This document shows, piece by piece, positions 11,470 through 20,121 of a stretch of DNA of 64,000 nt. A program made the translations under genes and the position numbers. Position 1 is the stretch's first letter. Each line of letters begins with the position of its first letter. The DNA lies in the NCBI GenBank assembly GCA_964580825.1, contig CAZOLB010000001.1, forward strand, positions 3,066-67,065, given 5' to 3'. The stretch is from an uncultured Gammaproteobacteria bacterium. Lineage in GTDB: Bacteria; Patescibacteriota; Patescibacteriia; UBA2591; UBA6264. The notes beneath the pieces are model-generated. The model saw only the letters and a program-made list of their open reading frames with translations, was not told the DNA's origin and did not search any database.

Positions 11470-11745
11470 AAGTGATATTGCCTTTAAAAAACTTAAGTCC
11501 CAATCATTCTACTCGGCCGGATTAAACGTTTTAAATCAGAATAAAGAAATTAGCGCAAATTTACACTGATTTAGAACCTAAAATCGGATCTTTGGGCAAA
11601 ACTGGCCGAGTATACGCAAAATCCCCCTTCAGAAAAAAAATTCCTAGAGGGATAAGATTTAGCAATTTTATTTATTTTACGCCTCTATACAAGTTAATTG
11701 GGATTAAAATAGTAGAGATTAAAATTGTTGTAATAACCGTATTTT

Positions 11746-11773
11746 ATAATAGCAAATATTCTCTAAATGTCAA
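11746..11773 (-). promoter_or_regulatory. Candidate sigma-70-type promoter (TTGACA, 16 nt, TATTAT) about 270 nt upstream of rpoB
   Basis: On the minus strand the region reads TTGACATTTAGAGAATATTTGCTATTAT. The long leader before rpoB would be consistent with an rpoB 5' UTR. No experimental support. Confidence 0.3.
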
Positions 11774-11835
11774 GTTTTATTTTTTGGCTCTATAAAGCCA
11801 AAAAATAGGTTTTCCACATTCTATCCACAGCTAAA

Positions 11836-13209
11836 TTACACAAAATTTTTTAACTCTTTCCTTGCCGCCTCTCTGTCATCCCAAAAAACTCTTTTTCCGC
11901 CCGCAATCATAATACACTGTTCAGCTCCTTTCCCCGTGATTATAACCGCGTCTCCCGCTTTAGCCAAACTTAAAGCCTTTTTAATAGCCTGTCCGCGGTC
12001 AACGATTTTAAAAAGTCGTTTTTGAAAAATCATCTCCGAATTATCCTCTATACCCGTGATTACTTGATCAATAATCTCTTCAGGGTTTTCGTCATAAGGA
12101 TCCTCATTGGTAATAATGACATAATCTCCATACTTCATAGCGATTTTTCCAAGAACAGGCCTTTTCCACTTATCTCTTCCCCCACCAGTGGCTCCTAAAA
12201 CACAAATCAATTTAGATTCGCTAAATTTTTTTAAAGTTTGATAAACTTTCTCCAAATGGTCCGGCGTGTGAGCATAATCAACAATCACCATAAAAGGATT
12301 CTTTACCACTATCTCCATGCGTCCGGGCATTTCCCCAACCCGAGACAAAGCGTCTCGACAAACATTCAAGTCCACTCCTTGAGACGACGCAACGCCAATA
12401 GCCGCTAAAGCGTTGGCAACATTAAATTCTCCCAAAAGGTTTATTTTAAATTTTATCCCTTTAACCGTAAAATCCGAACCGTTCGGACCTAATTGTATAT
12501 TATCCGCTTTAACAAATTTAATTTTAAAATCTTTGTCTTGTTTTAATTCTCCTTTTGCCTGCCGGCAAACAGAAAATTCGGATTCCAAATTTTTTATTGT
12601 ATAGCCATATTTTTTATCAACTCTAAAATCCAAAAAATAACTACTATTTTCGTCATCTGCGTTAACGATTATTACTTTATCAATAATTCTACCCTCGATC
12701 TTCTTTCTCCCACTTCCGCTTAAATGTTGAAAAAGCTTTTGTTTCGCTTCCCGATACTTTTCAAACCCTCCATGAGCTTCGAGATGTTCAAAGCTTAACC
12801 CCGTAAAAACGCCCACATCGTAATTAATACCTAAATGCCGCGACTGAACTATACCCTGAGAACTTGTTTCTATTACCGCATATCGGCAACCGGACAAAAA
12901 CATTTTTTTCAATAACTTCTGCAGGGCAAAACGGCCGAGCATAGTCATTCTTGTTTTGTTGACTGTTTCTTGCCCGGCAATTCTAAAATTAAAAGTGGTG
13001 GCGATTCCCACTTTAAAACCCGCTTGTTCTAAAACTTTTCCAATCAAATTTACTACAGTCGATTTGCCTGAAGTGCCGGTCACGCCAATCACAATCATTT
13101 TTTTACTCGGCCAACCATAAATAAAACCGGCCAAATATGCCAGGAACCAGTGATAAATCAAAAAAACCGGCTTAGGAATTATTTTTTCAAAAATTTTTTT
13201 AACAATCAT
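11836..13209 (-). CDS. Mur ligase family protein (MurE-like UDP-N-acetylmuramoyl-tripeptide ligase type)
   Basis: It has an N-terminal hydrophobic segment, then the P-loop VIGVTGTSGKSTV, a central Mur ligase domain and C-terminal Mur_ligase_C (…DYAHTPD…). The ATG at 13209 (MIVKK…) is more plausible than the TTG at 13227 used by the ORF track. Confidence 0.7.
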   Translation of the reverse strand: MIVKKIFEKIIPKPVFLIYHWFLAYLAGFIYGWPSKKMIVIGVTGTSGKSTVVNLIGKVLEQAGFKVGIATTFNFRIAGQETVNKTRMTMLGRFALQKLLKKMFLSGCRYAVIETSSQGIVQSRHLGINYDVGVFTGLSFEHLEAHGGFEKYREAKQKLFQHLSGSGRKKIEGRIIDKVIIVNADDENSSYFLDFRVDKKYGYTIKNLESEFSVCRQAKGELKQDKDFKIKFVKADNIQLGPNGSDFTVKGIKFKINLLGEFNVANALAAIGVASSQGVDLNVCRDALSRVGEMPGRMEIVVKNPFMVIVDYAHTPDHLEKVYQTLKKFSESKLICVLGATGGGRDKWKRPVLGKIAMKYGDYVIITNEDPYDENPEEIIDQVITGIEDNSEMIFQKRLFKIVDRGQAIKKALSLAKAGDAVIITGKGAEQCIMIAGGKRVFWDDREAARKELKNFV

Positions 13210-13224
13210 ACAATCATAAATATG

Positions 13225-14045
13225 CAACTAATGCAACGTTAAACGTTGCACCTTTATTGCACCTTGCTACTCTAATATATATTTGGTAATATCCTCAAAA
13301 TCATCTTTAAACCATTTATCAATAAAATCTTCATAACCCTCAAAACCATTTTTATCAAATTCTACCTCGAATAATTCTGAAACTGTCTGATAATCAATTA
13401 AAAGTGAATGACGCTTACCCATATAGTCCAAATGAGCTGACCATTTATATGAATCAGTAAACTGTCTTATCTTAACACGATCCTGGAGACGATGTTCTTT
13501 CCAGTTTGGTTCGACCAACTTCGCATGGTTCAAATTAATATACCTTAACAAAACCATCGCATATTTAATATCTTTAACACCAATAGACTGGTAAGAATTT
13601 TGAAATAAACGACCACGTCTTTCATGTCGAGCATTAAAATATTTAGTATAAGCATTAGCAATCCTATTCATATATTTCGAGATTCCACCATCTATTAAAG
13701 AAATTAAGATGAAATGGAAATGATTTGGAAGGAGATTCCAAGTAATAAAAGTAGTTAAAGGAGATGATTCTCTGTTGTAAAAACTTTCAGGCGGCTCTTC
13801 GCTGGTTAATATTGCTTCAGCTGCTTGTATGGTTTCCTTTTGGGTCATATTCCTCTTGGGACTCCCTATTCTGTATACCCACATTAGAAATATAAAACGG
13901 CAATACTCGGCATAATCGTTGAAAATCTTACGTTCCTCCGTTCCGTGGTTAAATATATGAAACGGAATTTCTGCTTTTGTAAAATATTGACGCATAAATA
14001 AAATTGAATATTTATTATTCAATGCAACGTTTAACGTTGCATTAT
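13225..14045 (-). mobile_element. IS200/IS605-like (RAYT-like) insertion: HUH tyrosine-transposase gene bounded by two palindromic hairpins
   Basis: The left end carries TGCAACGTTaAACGTTGCA (13232-13250). The right end carries AATGCAACGTTtAACGTTGCATT (14021-14043). They are near-identical perfect palindromes and bracket a Y1-transposase ORF. The element sits between a housekeeping gene and a tRNA gene. Confidence 0.6.
13267..13995 (-). CDS. tnpA: IS200/IS605-family HUH (Y1) transposase, REP-associated tyrosine transposase-like
   Basis: It carries the HUH motif (NHFHFILI) and a catalytic-Tyr motif (FQNSYQSIG, compare the WQxSYY of IS200 TnpA). There are about 100 aa of C-terminal extension. 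The start is assigned to the ATG at 13995 (MRQYF…), because the ORF-track start at 14088 would run through the right-end hairpin. Confidence 0.65.
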   Translation of the reverse strand: MRQYFTKAEIPFHIFNHGTEERKIFNDYAEYCRFIFLMWVYRIGSPKRNMTQKETIQAAEAILTSEEPPESFYNRESSPLTTFITWNLLPNHFHFILISLIDGGISKYMNRIANAYTKYFNARHERRGRLFQNSYQSIGVKDIKYAMVLLRYINLNHAKLVEPNWKEHRLQDRVKIRQFTDSYKWSAHLDYMGKRHSLLIDYQTVSELFEVEFDKNGFEGYEDFIDKWFKDDFEDITKYILE

Positions 14046-14093
14046 TTTCTGGCACGCCAAATGCTCGCGAGAAAACTTTCACCCCCACACCAA

Positions 14094-14165
14094 TCCCCTC
14101 GACAGGAATCGAACCTGTATCCTAAGCTCCGGAAGCTTATATTCTATCCATTGAACTACGAGGGG
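14094..14165 (-). tRNA. tRNA-Arg (anticodon CCG)
   Basis: It folds as a 72-nt cloverleaf: acceptor CCCCTCG/CGAGGGG, D-arm GTTC…GAAT, anticodon stem TAAGC/GCTTA with loop TTCCGGA, and T-arm ACAGG-TTCGATT-CCTGT. CCA is not encoded. Confidence 0.8.
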
Positions 14166-14171
14166 AAAAAT

Positions 14172-14239
14172 TGGAGTGGGCAAAACCTCTATCCCGGACT
14201 CAGAAAAACTGTATTTTATCACCTCAACTACGAGGGCCC
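14172..14239 (-). pseudogene. Degenerate tRNA-like sequence (decayed partial copy of the adjacent tRNA-Arg)
   Basis: Its 5' half (GGCCCTCGTAGTTGAGGTGATAAAATA) is collinear with the acceptor and D-arm of tRNA-Arg (CCCCTCGTAGTTCAATGGATAGAATA). The 3' half retains GGATAGAGGTT but has no intact anticodon stem, T-loop (TTCGA) or acceptor complement. It cannot be folded into a cloverleaf. Confidence 0.35.
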
Positions 14240-14285
14240 AGACCATAACCAACAAATACATCGCCTGATTTTTAAGCGACTTCCA

Positions 14286-14873
14286 TTATTCGGTTAAAGA
14301 CAACAAAGGAATGTCTCGATTTAATTCCTTATAATCAGGCAATTCTTGCAAAGAATTAATGCCTAAATGGCGAATAAAATCCAGACTAACGCTATAAATT
14401 TCCTCCTTTATTTCAGGCCCCATTGATTCTTTCCCGCCATCCTCAACCTGGGCAGCATTATCCGAGGCGGAAAGCGATTGTTCGACTATTAAACCTTTAA
14501 TTAAAAGATTGCGTAAAATAATACTGCAATTAACGCCTCTAATTTGTTCTAAGTCGCTTTTGGTAATCGGCCCTCGATAAGCGATAATTGACAATGTTTC
14601 CAGCGAAGCCGGCGTCAATTCTTTATTAACCTCTTGTTTTAAAAATTCCTGAATGAATGGCGCGCTCTGGGCGTCGGTAACCATTTGAAATTCTTCGCCG
14701 TTGTTGATAATTTTAATTCCTCCTTGTTTTTTGTTATATTCCTCGACTAATTCCAATAAAACCCGTTCTATTTCTCCTTTTGTCCGGCCCGAGATTTTAC
14801 TCACTTCTTCTTTTGTCAAAGGCCTATTGGCGATAAAAAGCAAGCTTTCAACTATTGATTTTGGCGTTGTCAT
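14286..14873 (-). CDS. scpB: Segregation and condensation protein B
   Basis: 195 aa. The N-terminus SIVESLLFIANRPLTKEEVSKISG… and tandem winged-helix layout are typical of ScpB. It lies directly downstream of scpA. Confidence 0.85.
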   Translation of the reverse strand: MTTPKSIVESLLFIANRPLTKEEVSKISGRTKGEIERVLLELVEEYNKKQGGIKIINNGEEFQMVTDAQSAPFIQEFLKQEVNKELTPASLETLSIIAYRGPITKSDLEQIRGVNCSIILRNLLIKGLIVEQSLSASDNAAQVEDGGKESMGPEIKEEIYSVSLDFIRHLGINSLQELPDYKELNRDIPLLSLTE

Positions 14874-14891
14874 AAATTCATGATTTAAAAC

Positions 14892-15587
14892 CTACATTAA
14901 TTTTTTAATTACAATCTCTTTAAATAAACCCTCCTGGCTAACCGCTATCCGCCTTTCTTTCATTAATTCCAAAACTGCCAAAAATGCCACCCCTTGTTCC
15001 ACTTTGCTTTTCTGGCTGATAATATGGTTAAAAACAATTTCTCGATGTTTCTTAATTAAATTAAGCAACTCGGCTATTTTTTCTTTTAAAGAAACAATTT
15101 TCCTTCTGATAATTTTTTGAGATAGTTTTGTCTGATTTGTAACAGCAGAAATGATATTTTTAAAAACCCTTTTCAGCAGATTCGGACTTATTTCTATATT
15201 CAAAGAAAGTTCCGGAATATTTTTTAAAGAAATTTTATTTTTGGCAAATGCGTAATCGGAATTAACGAATATTCGATTGATCTTTTTGGCGGCCAGAGCG
15301 TAGTGGCGGTAAACTTTCAACTGATCGATTAAGGTTTCCTCTTCTTCCTCCGATTCCGCTCCGGGAATTAAAAGTTTCGATTTAAGCAAAACCAACCTGG
15401 CGGCAATATCCAAAAAATCGGCTAATTCATCAGGGTGAGATTGCTCAATATCGCCGAGATATTTAAGAAACTCATCAGTTACCTTTGATAAGGAAATTTC
15501 GGTAATATCCAATTTTTCTTTTTCAACTAACTGAAGTAATAAATCAAACGGTCCGCTAAATTGTCCTGTTTCCACTTGATAAGCCAT
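14892..15587 (-). CDS. scpA: Segregation and condensation protein A (kleisin)
   Basis: 231 aa. The N-terminus FSGPFDLLLQLVEKEKLDITEISLSKVTDEFLKYL is the ScpA family signature. The scpA-scpB pair is conserved. Confidence 0.85.
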   Translation of the reverse strand: MAYQVETGQFSGPFDLLLQLVEKEKLDITEISLSKVTDEFLKYLGDIEQSHPDELADFLDIAARLVLLKSKLLIPGAESEEEEETLIDQLKVYRHYALAAKKINRIFVNSDYAFAKNKISLKNIPELSLNIEISPNLLKRVFKNIISAVTNQTKLSQKIIRRKIVSLKEKIAELLNLIKKHREIVFNHIISQKSKVEQGVAFLAVLELMKERRIAVSQEGLFKEIVIKKLM

Positions 15588-15711
15588 AAACTCACTGCGC
15601 TTAAAATTCCAAGTTATAAAATCCTTTTAAATCTTAATTTGTCAATAGAAATTCTTAATTATTCTTAATCCTAATTTTATCTCTTAAATTTTGGCTGGTC
15701 ATTTTACATTT

Positions 15712-17538
15712 TTAGTTTCTTAAACTTATCACCGCTTTTATTCTCCTTACCCCGGCGCCGCTAGCTTCTTCTTTAATTATTTTAAATTTGCCGATTTCCT
15801 TAGTATTTTTGACATGAGGACCGGCGCAAATCTCTTTGGAAAAATCGCCAACCGAATAAACCCTGACCACTTTAGGATATTTTTCTTTAAAAAAAGCTAA
15901 AGCGCCCGATTCTATCGCTTGTTCATAAGACATTTCCTCCATTTTGACTTCCAAATTTCGACTTATCGCTAGATTTACCGCTTCTTCCACTCTTTTTAAT
16001 TCTTCTTTGGTTAACTTTTGCGGGTGAGTAAAATCAAATCTCAATCTTTCTGGAGTTAAGTCAGAACCTGCTTGCTGGACATGATTGCCCAAAATCCGAC
16101 GCAAGGCCTGATGCAAAAGATGGGTGGCGGTATGATGAGGCGCGACTTGATTTCCCCATTCACCCACGCCGCCAAATTTTTTCTTAACCCCGGCCCGAGA
16201 AACATCTTGATGATGACTAAATTCTTCTTTAAAATCTTCTTCCACCACTTTCAGATTCTTCTCTGCGGCTAATTCCTGCGTTAGTTCAAAAGGAAATCCA
16301 TAAGTATCATATAAATGAAAAACTGTTCTTTTGTCTATAATTTCAGATTCCGACTGCAAAGTTCTGTCCGTCGCTTTTTTAAATTCTTTTAATCCTTCAT
16401 TTAGAGTTTTGCTAAATTTCTCTTCTTCTTTTTGAATAATAGTTAAAATATCACTTTGTTTTTTTATAAGTTCCGGATAAATATTTTGGTAAATGCCAAT
16501 TACTTCGTCGGCAATTGGACTTAAAATATTTTTAACCTGACTGTCGGCCATAATTCGAGAATGACGAATAGCGCGTCTTAAAATACGGCGCAAAACATAA
16601 CCGCGATCTTCTTTGCTGGGAAGTATCCCGTCGGCGATTAAAAAAACCGCAGCTCTGAGATGATCGGCGATAATTCGACAACTCTTGGAGTTTTGCGTAT
16701 TTTCGCGGCTATTGCAATAAAATAACTTCTCAATCTTTTTAATTATCGGCGAGAATAATTCCGTTTCATAATCAGATTCTTTATTTTGTAAAACGCAGGT
16801 CAATCTCTCTAATCCCGCACCGGTATCGACATTTTGTGCCGGCAACTTTCTGTATTCTCCCTTTTCTGTTTTGTCATATTCCATAAAAACCAAATTCCAA
16901 ATTTCCACAAAGCGGCCGCAACCACAATTAGGCCCGCAACCCGGCAAAGTGCATTTTTTTTTCTGAAACTCTTTTCCTCGGTCGTAATGTATTTCCGAGC
17001 AAGGACCACAAGGACCACAAGAGCCGACCGGACCCCAAAAATTACATTCCGAACCAAATTCTTTGATTCTTTCCTTAGGAATGCCATTTTCTTGCCAAAA
17101 TTTCTTTGCCTCGCTGTCCGAAGGAATATTTCCCTCTCCTTTAAAAACCGTGACCCATAACCTGTCTTTTCTTAAATGATATTGATCGACTAATAATTCC
17201 AAGGCCATGGCGATCGCCTCTTTTTTAAAATAATCGCCAAAAGACCAGTTCCCCAACATCTCAAAAAAAGTGTGATGAAACTCATCTCCTACTTCATCAA
17301 TATCAGAAGTACGAAAACATTTCTGAACCGAACAAGCTCGACGATATGGCGGTTCAACCTTGCCACTTAAATAAGGAATGAACTGCTGCATTCCGGCTGA
17401 AGTAAAAAGAACGGTCGGATCGGCCGGAACCAAAGAAGAAGACGAAACCAATTGATGCTTCTTACTTTTAAAAAAATCTAAAAAAATCTCTCTGACGCGA
17501 CTAGATTCGAATTCGTATTTTTTATTTTCATCTAACAT
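15712..17538 (-). CDS. alaS: Alanine--tRNA ligase, short form (catalytic and editing domains, no C-terminal C-Ala/oligomerisation region)
   Basis: The class II AlaRS N-terminus is present (…LVPADPTVLFTSAGMQQF…, FRTSDIDEVGD, HHTFFEMLGNWSFGDYFK). The editing-domain motif HTATHLLHQALRRILG is also present. Total length is only 608 aa. Confidence 0.9.
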   Translation of the reverse strand: MLDENKKYEFESSRVREIFLDFFKSKKHQLVSSSSLVPADPTVLFTSAGMQQFIPYLSGKVEPPYRRACSVQKCFRTSDIDEVGDEFHHTFFEMLGNWSFGDYFKKEAIAMALELLVDQYHLRKDRLWVTVFKGEGNIPSDSEAKKFWQENGIPKERIKEFGSECNFWGPVGSCGPCGPCSEIHYDRGKEFQKKKCTLPGCGPNCGCGRFVEIWNLVFMEYDKTEKGEYRKLPAQNVDTGAGLERLTCVLQNKESDYETELFSPIIKKIEKLFYCNSRENTQNSKSCRIIADHLRAAVFLIADGILPSKEDRGYVLRRILRRAIRHSRIMADSQVKNILSPIADEVIGIYQNIYPELIKKQSDILTIIQKEEEKFSKTLNEGLKEFKKATDRTLQSESEIIDKRTVFHLYDTYGFPFELTQELAAEKNLKVVEEDFKEEFSHHQDVSRAGVKKKFGGVGEWGNQVAPHHTATHLLHQALRRILGNHVQQAGSDLTPERLRFDFTHPQKLTKEELKRVEEAVNLAISRNLEVKMEEMSYEQAIESGALAFFKEKYPKVVRVYSVGDFSKEICAGPHVKNTKEIGKFKIIKEEASGAGVRRIKAVISLRN

Positions 17539-17550
17539 AATTTGTTTGCG

Positions 17551-18567
17551 CTATTTACAAGCCGGTTCGCTATGATTTTTCCCGTTTATCTTATTGAATA
17601 AATGGCCCCCGAGATAATAAAATAATATTAAAATACCCAAAATGACAAAACTAAAATCAATTAATCTCGTCAATAAACTAAAACTCAACCCCGTTTCGGC
17701 GGTAGAATGAAACCACTGAAAAACCAAAGTGTTCGTACCTTCAAGAACTCCTAAGTTGGCCGGAAGAGGAACAAATCCGGCAACCACCATCAAAATTCTC
17801 ATTACCATTCCGCTGAATAATGAACAAGATTCTCTTAAAAAACTTAAAAAAAGCATCACTTGACAAACGCTGGCAAAAAAACTTAAAGCGGTAAATACCA
17901 TAATCGGACCGAGTTGCGAAAGAGGCCTCTCAAAGAAAACCGTAACGCTATGGCCGATACCTCGTAAATTTTCTCCGTTCCTTCTCACATATTCCAATTT
18001 TTCCAGACGGAAAATTTTGATTAAAAAATTTAGTATTCTCTCCAATCCGGGAAATTTAAAAATAAAAAAAAGTAAAAAAACAGGCAAAGACACTAAAATA
18101 GCCAAAAACAAAACAGCATTCAAATTTCTTTCCAAAAAGAAAATAATAATCCCGATAAAAATAAAAAGGCAAAAACCGATAATATCAAACAATCTGTCGA
18201 GGATAATCGAGACGACTCCTTTAGACAGGGATATATTAAAAAATTTCTTTAAAACAAAAATCCTAACGCCTTCGCCGCCCCAATAAATACCGGGGGTAAG
18301 ATAGCTGACAGCAAACTCTCCCAATCTGGCCGCGGCTAATTTTCTAAAAGGCAAATTTCCAAAACCCATCGTCCTTAATACTATTCGCCAACGAATTATC
18401 CAAAAAATAATTTTAAAAAAAGTCAGAATAAAAAGCGCCGCCATCTGCCACAAAAGCAAATCGCTAAATCTTAACAAAACACCTTTAAGACCGATGTGTT
18501 GATAAATCCAGACGGTTAAAAACACACCCACTATCAACGAAACGCTAAACAAAATAATTTTTCTCAT
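17551..18567 (-). CDS. Integral membrane protein, lysylphosphatidylglycerol-synthase-TM / UPF0104 (flippase-like) family
   Basis: 338 aa with about 8 predicted TM helices. The N-terminal R/K-rich loops and overall pattern (…WRIVLRTMGFGNLPFRKLAAARLGEFAVSYLTPG…) resemble LPG_synthase_TM-type proteins. The call rests on similarity only. Confidence 0.5.
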   Translation of the reverse strand: MRKIILFSVSLIVGVFLTVWIYQHIGLKGVLLRFSDLLLWQMAALFILTFFKIIFWIIRWRIVLRTMGFGNLPFRKLAAARLGEFAVSYLTPGIYWGGEGVRIFVLKKFFNISLSKGVVSIILDRLFDIIGFCLFIFIGIIIFFLERNLNAVLFLAILVSLPVFLLFFIFKFPGLERILNFLIKIFRLEKLEYVRRNGENLRGIGHSVTVFFERPLSQLGPIMVFTALSFFASVCQVMLFLSFLRESCSLFSGMVMRILMVVAGFVPLPANLGVLEGTNTLVFQWFHSTAETGLSFSLLTRLIDFSFVILGILILFYYLGGHLFNKINGKNHSEPACK

Positions 18568-18602
18568 ACCTGAATTTGCAATATAATTTCTTTATTACTC
18601 TA

Positions 18603-20099
18603 TTACTCTTGCTTATCTTTAAATGACTTTAAGCATTGCCGACAATAAACGGGCCTGATTCCATCGGGAATAAAGGGAACATAAATTTCTAGGCCGCATT
18701 TATCGCACTTCGACTTATATTTATTTGTTTCAATTTCCCTAATCTCTCCTTGCTTTTTCCCCTCCTTCCTCTTCTCTTTGGAGATCCCGAGCCAACGGCC
18801 TATTTTCTGCTCAACCAACCCCTGCGGTTCTGTATAACGTTCTCGCGAAATTTTTATTATCTTATCTTTATTTTCTTCCGGCTTCAGAGAAGACTCCGAT
18901 ATTCTGGCAAAAATAGGGTCGGAAATAGCGCCATTAACCGCCATTTTAACAAACAATTCATATCTCTTTAAATTAGCCAATTTATTTTTATTGAAACGTC
19001 GGCGCGCAACTTCCTTAGACAAAGATAAAGCGTCTTCGGCGTTCACTTTATAAGCGAGAATCGTTCCAATGTTATTAAAAATTGCATCTTTAATTCTCAA
19101 ATTCCGCTTTGTTTCGCTCAATTGCCCAAGATACTGATGCGCCAGGATTAAATTTACATAATGTTTATTTTCTTGAGAAATCATCTCTTTAAAAGAATCG
19201 GTAATCAGATCGGAGAACTCATCAATATATAAATAAAAATCGCGACGTTGATTTTCGGAAACACTAAGCCGCTCTATGGCAATCATCTGAATTTTTGTCA
19301 CCAACATCGCCCCGAAAAATGCGGCTATTTCTTCCCCAACTATCGCTTTTGACAAATTTACTATTAAAATTTTCTCTTTATTGATAACTTCATCGATGTC
19401 AACTTTCGAGCTAACTTGTCCGGCAATATTTCTCACTAAAGGAATAGAGAAAAAAGCGCCAATTTTCTCTTGTATGGGGATTATAACTTCAGTTCGTAAA
19501 CGCTCATCATATCGCGGATATTCCTTCTCCCAAAACGCTTTTACTCCCTCGTCGCTTACTCTCTCTACCACCTTCCGCCTATATTCTTCGTCGAGCAACA
19601 TTCTTTTAACACCTAAAAGTGTTGGGGACTGATATTCCAATAAAGCTAAAATAATATTGCGCAACACATGGATCACACGAGGATTAGGCAATTCACTTTT
19701 AATTTTCTCCAAAGCCGCAACAAGATTCGAAACAACCAAAAAATGCTGATAATTTCCCCCGACTCCCTTTAAAATATTAAAAGAAAAAGGATTTTTTACG
19801 TCCGCAAGATTAAGATAAATCGTATCATTAACGCGAGAAGAAGGAATAAAATCCACTACCCTTTTAGCCAAACCGCCATAAAAATCAATTAAAGCGACGC
19901 CATGGCCGGATAAAATGTCCTGACAAATCATTTTTTCCATCGTCCTTGACTTGCCGCTTCCCGCTACACCAATCAAATACATATGCCGCCGGCGGTCTTC
20001 CCTTTTAAGGCCCAGTTCGCGCCGAGGACCGTCGCCCTCCGTTTTGGCAAAAAAAACTATATCTTTTACTTCTTCTCCCTCTTTTTCGACTTCTACCAT
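18603..20099 (-). CDS. FtsK/HerA-superfamily P-loop ATPase (type IV coupling-protein/DUF87-like) with C-terminal Cys4 zinc ribbon; paralog 1 of 3
   Basis: Walker A is present (HMYLIGVAGSGKSRTM), as is Walker B (FYLYIDEFSDLI) and a downstream AHQYLGQL motif. The C-terminus is CDKCGLEIYVPFIPDGIRPVYCRQC. It has no TM helix. It is clearly paralogous to the ORFs at 48562 and 50296. The start is moved to the ATG at 20099 to avoid overlap with the upstream gene. Confidence 0.7.
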   Translation of the reverse strand: MVEVEKEGEEVKDIVFFAKTEGDGPRRELGLKREDRRRHMYLIGVAGSGKSRTMEKMICQDILSGHGVALIDFYGGLAKRVVDFIPSSRVNDTIYLNLADVKNPFSFNILKGVGGNYQHFLVVSNLVAALEKIKSELPNPRVIHVLRNIILALLEYQSPTLLGVKRMLLDEEYRRKVVERVSDEGVKAFWEKEYPRYDERLRTEVIIPIQEKIGAFFSIPLVRNIAGQVSSKVDIDEVINKEKILIVNLSKAIVGEEIAAFFGAMLVTKIQMIAIERLSVSENQRRDFYLYIDEFSDLITDSFKEMISQENKHYVNLILAHQYLGQLSETKRNLRIKDAIFNNIGTILAYKVNAEDALSLSKEVARRRFNKNKLANLKRYELFVKMAVNGAISDPIFARISESSLKPEENKDKIIKISRERYTEPQGLVEQKIGRWLGISKEKRKEGKKQGEIREIETNKYKSKCDKCGLEIYVPFIPDGIRPVYCRQCLKSFKDKQE

Positions 20100-20121
20100 A
20101 GTGGTTATTATACCATTTTCT

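Noticed and set aside
11780-11835. Hairpin TTGGCT-ctataa-AGCCAA flanked by A/T runs, considered as terminator for the Mur ligase gene
   Set aside because: In the minus-strand (gene) sense the stem is followed by an A-run rather than a U-run. It is more likely part of the long rpoB leader or a weak bidirectional element; left unannotated.
14004-14297. 97-aa plus-strand ORF and 60-aa minus-strand ORF over the tRNA-Arg region
   Set aside because: They are translations of tRNA and tRNA-remnant sequence plus the IS hairpin. The proline/glutamine-rich product has no start context.
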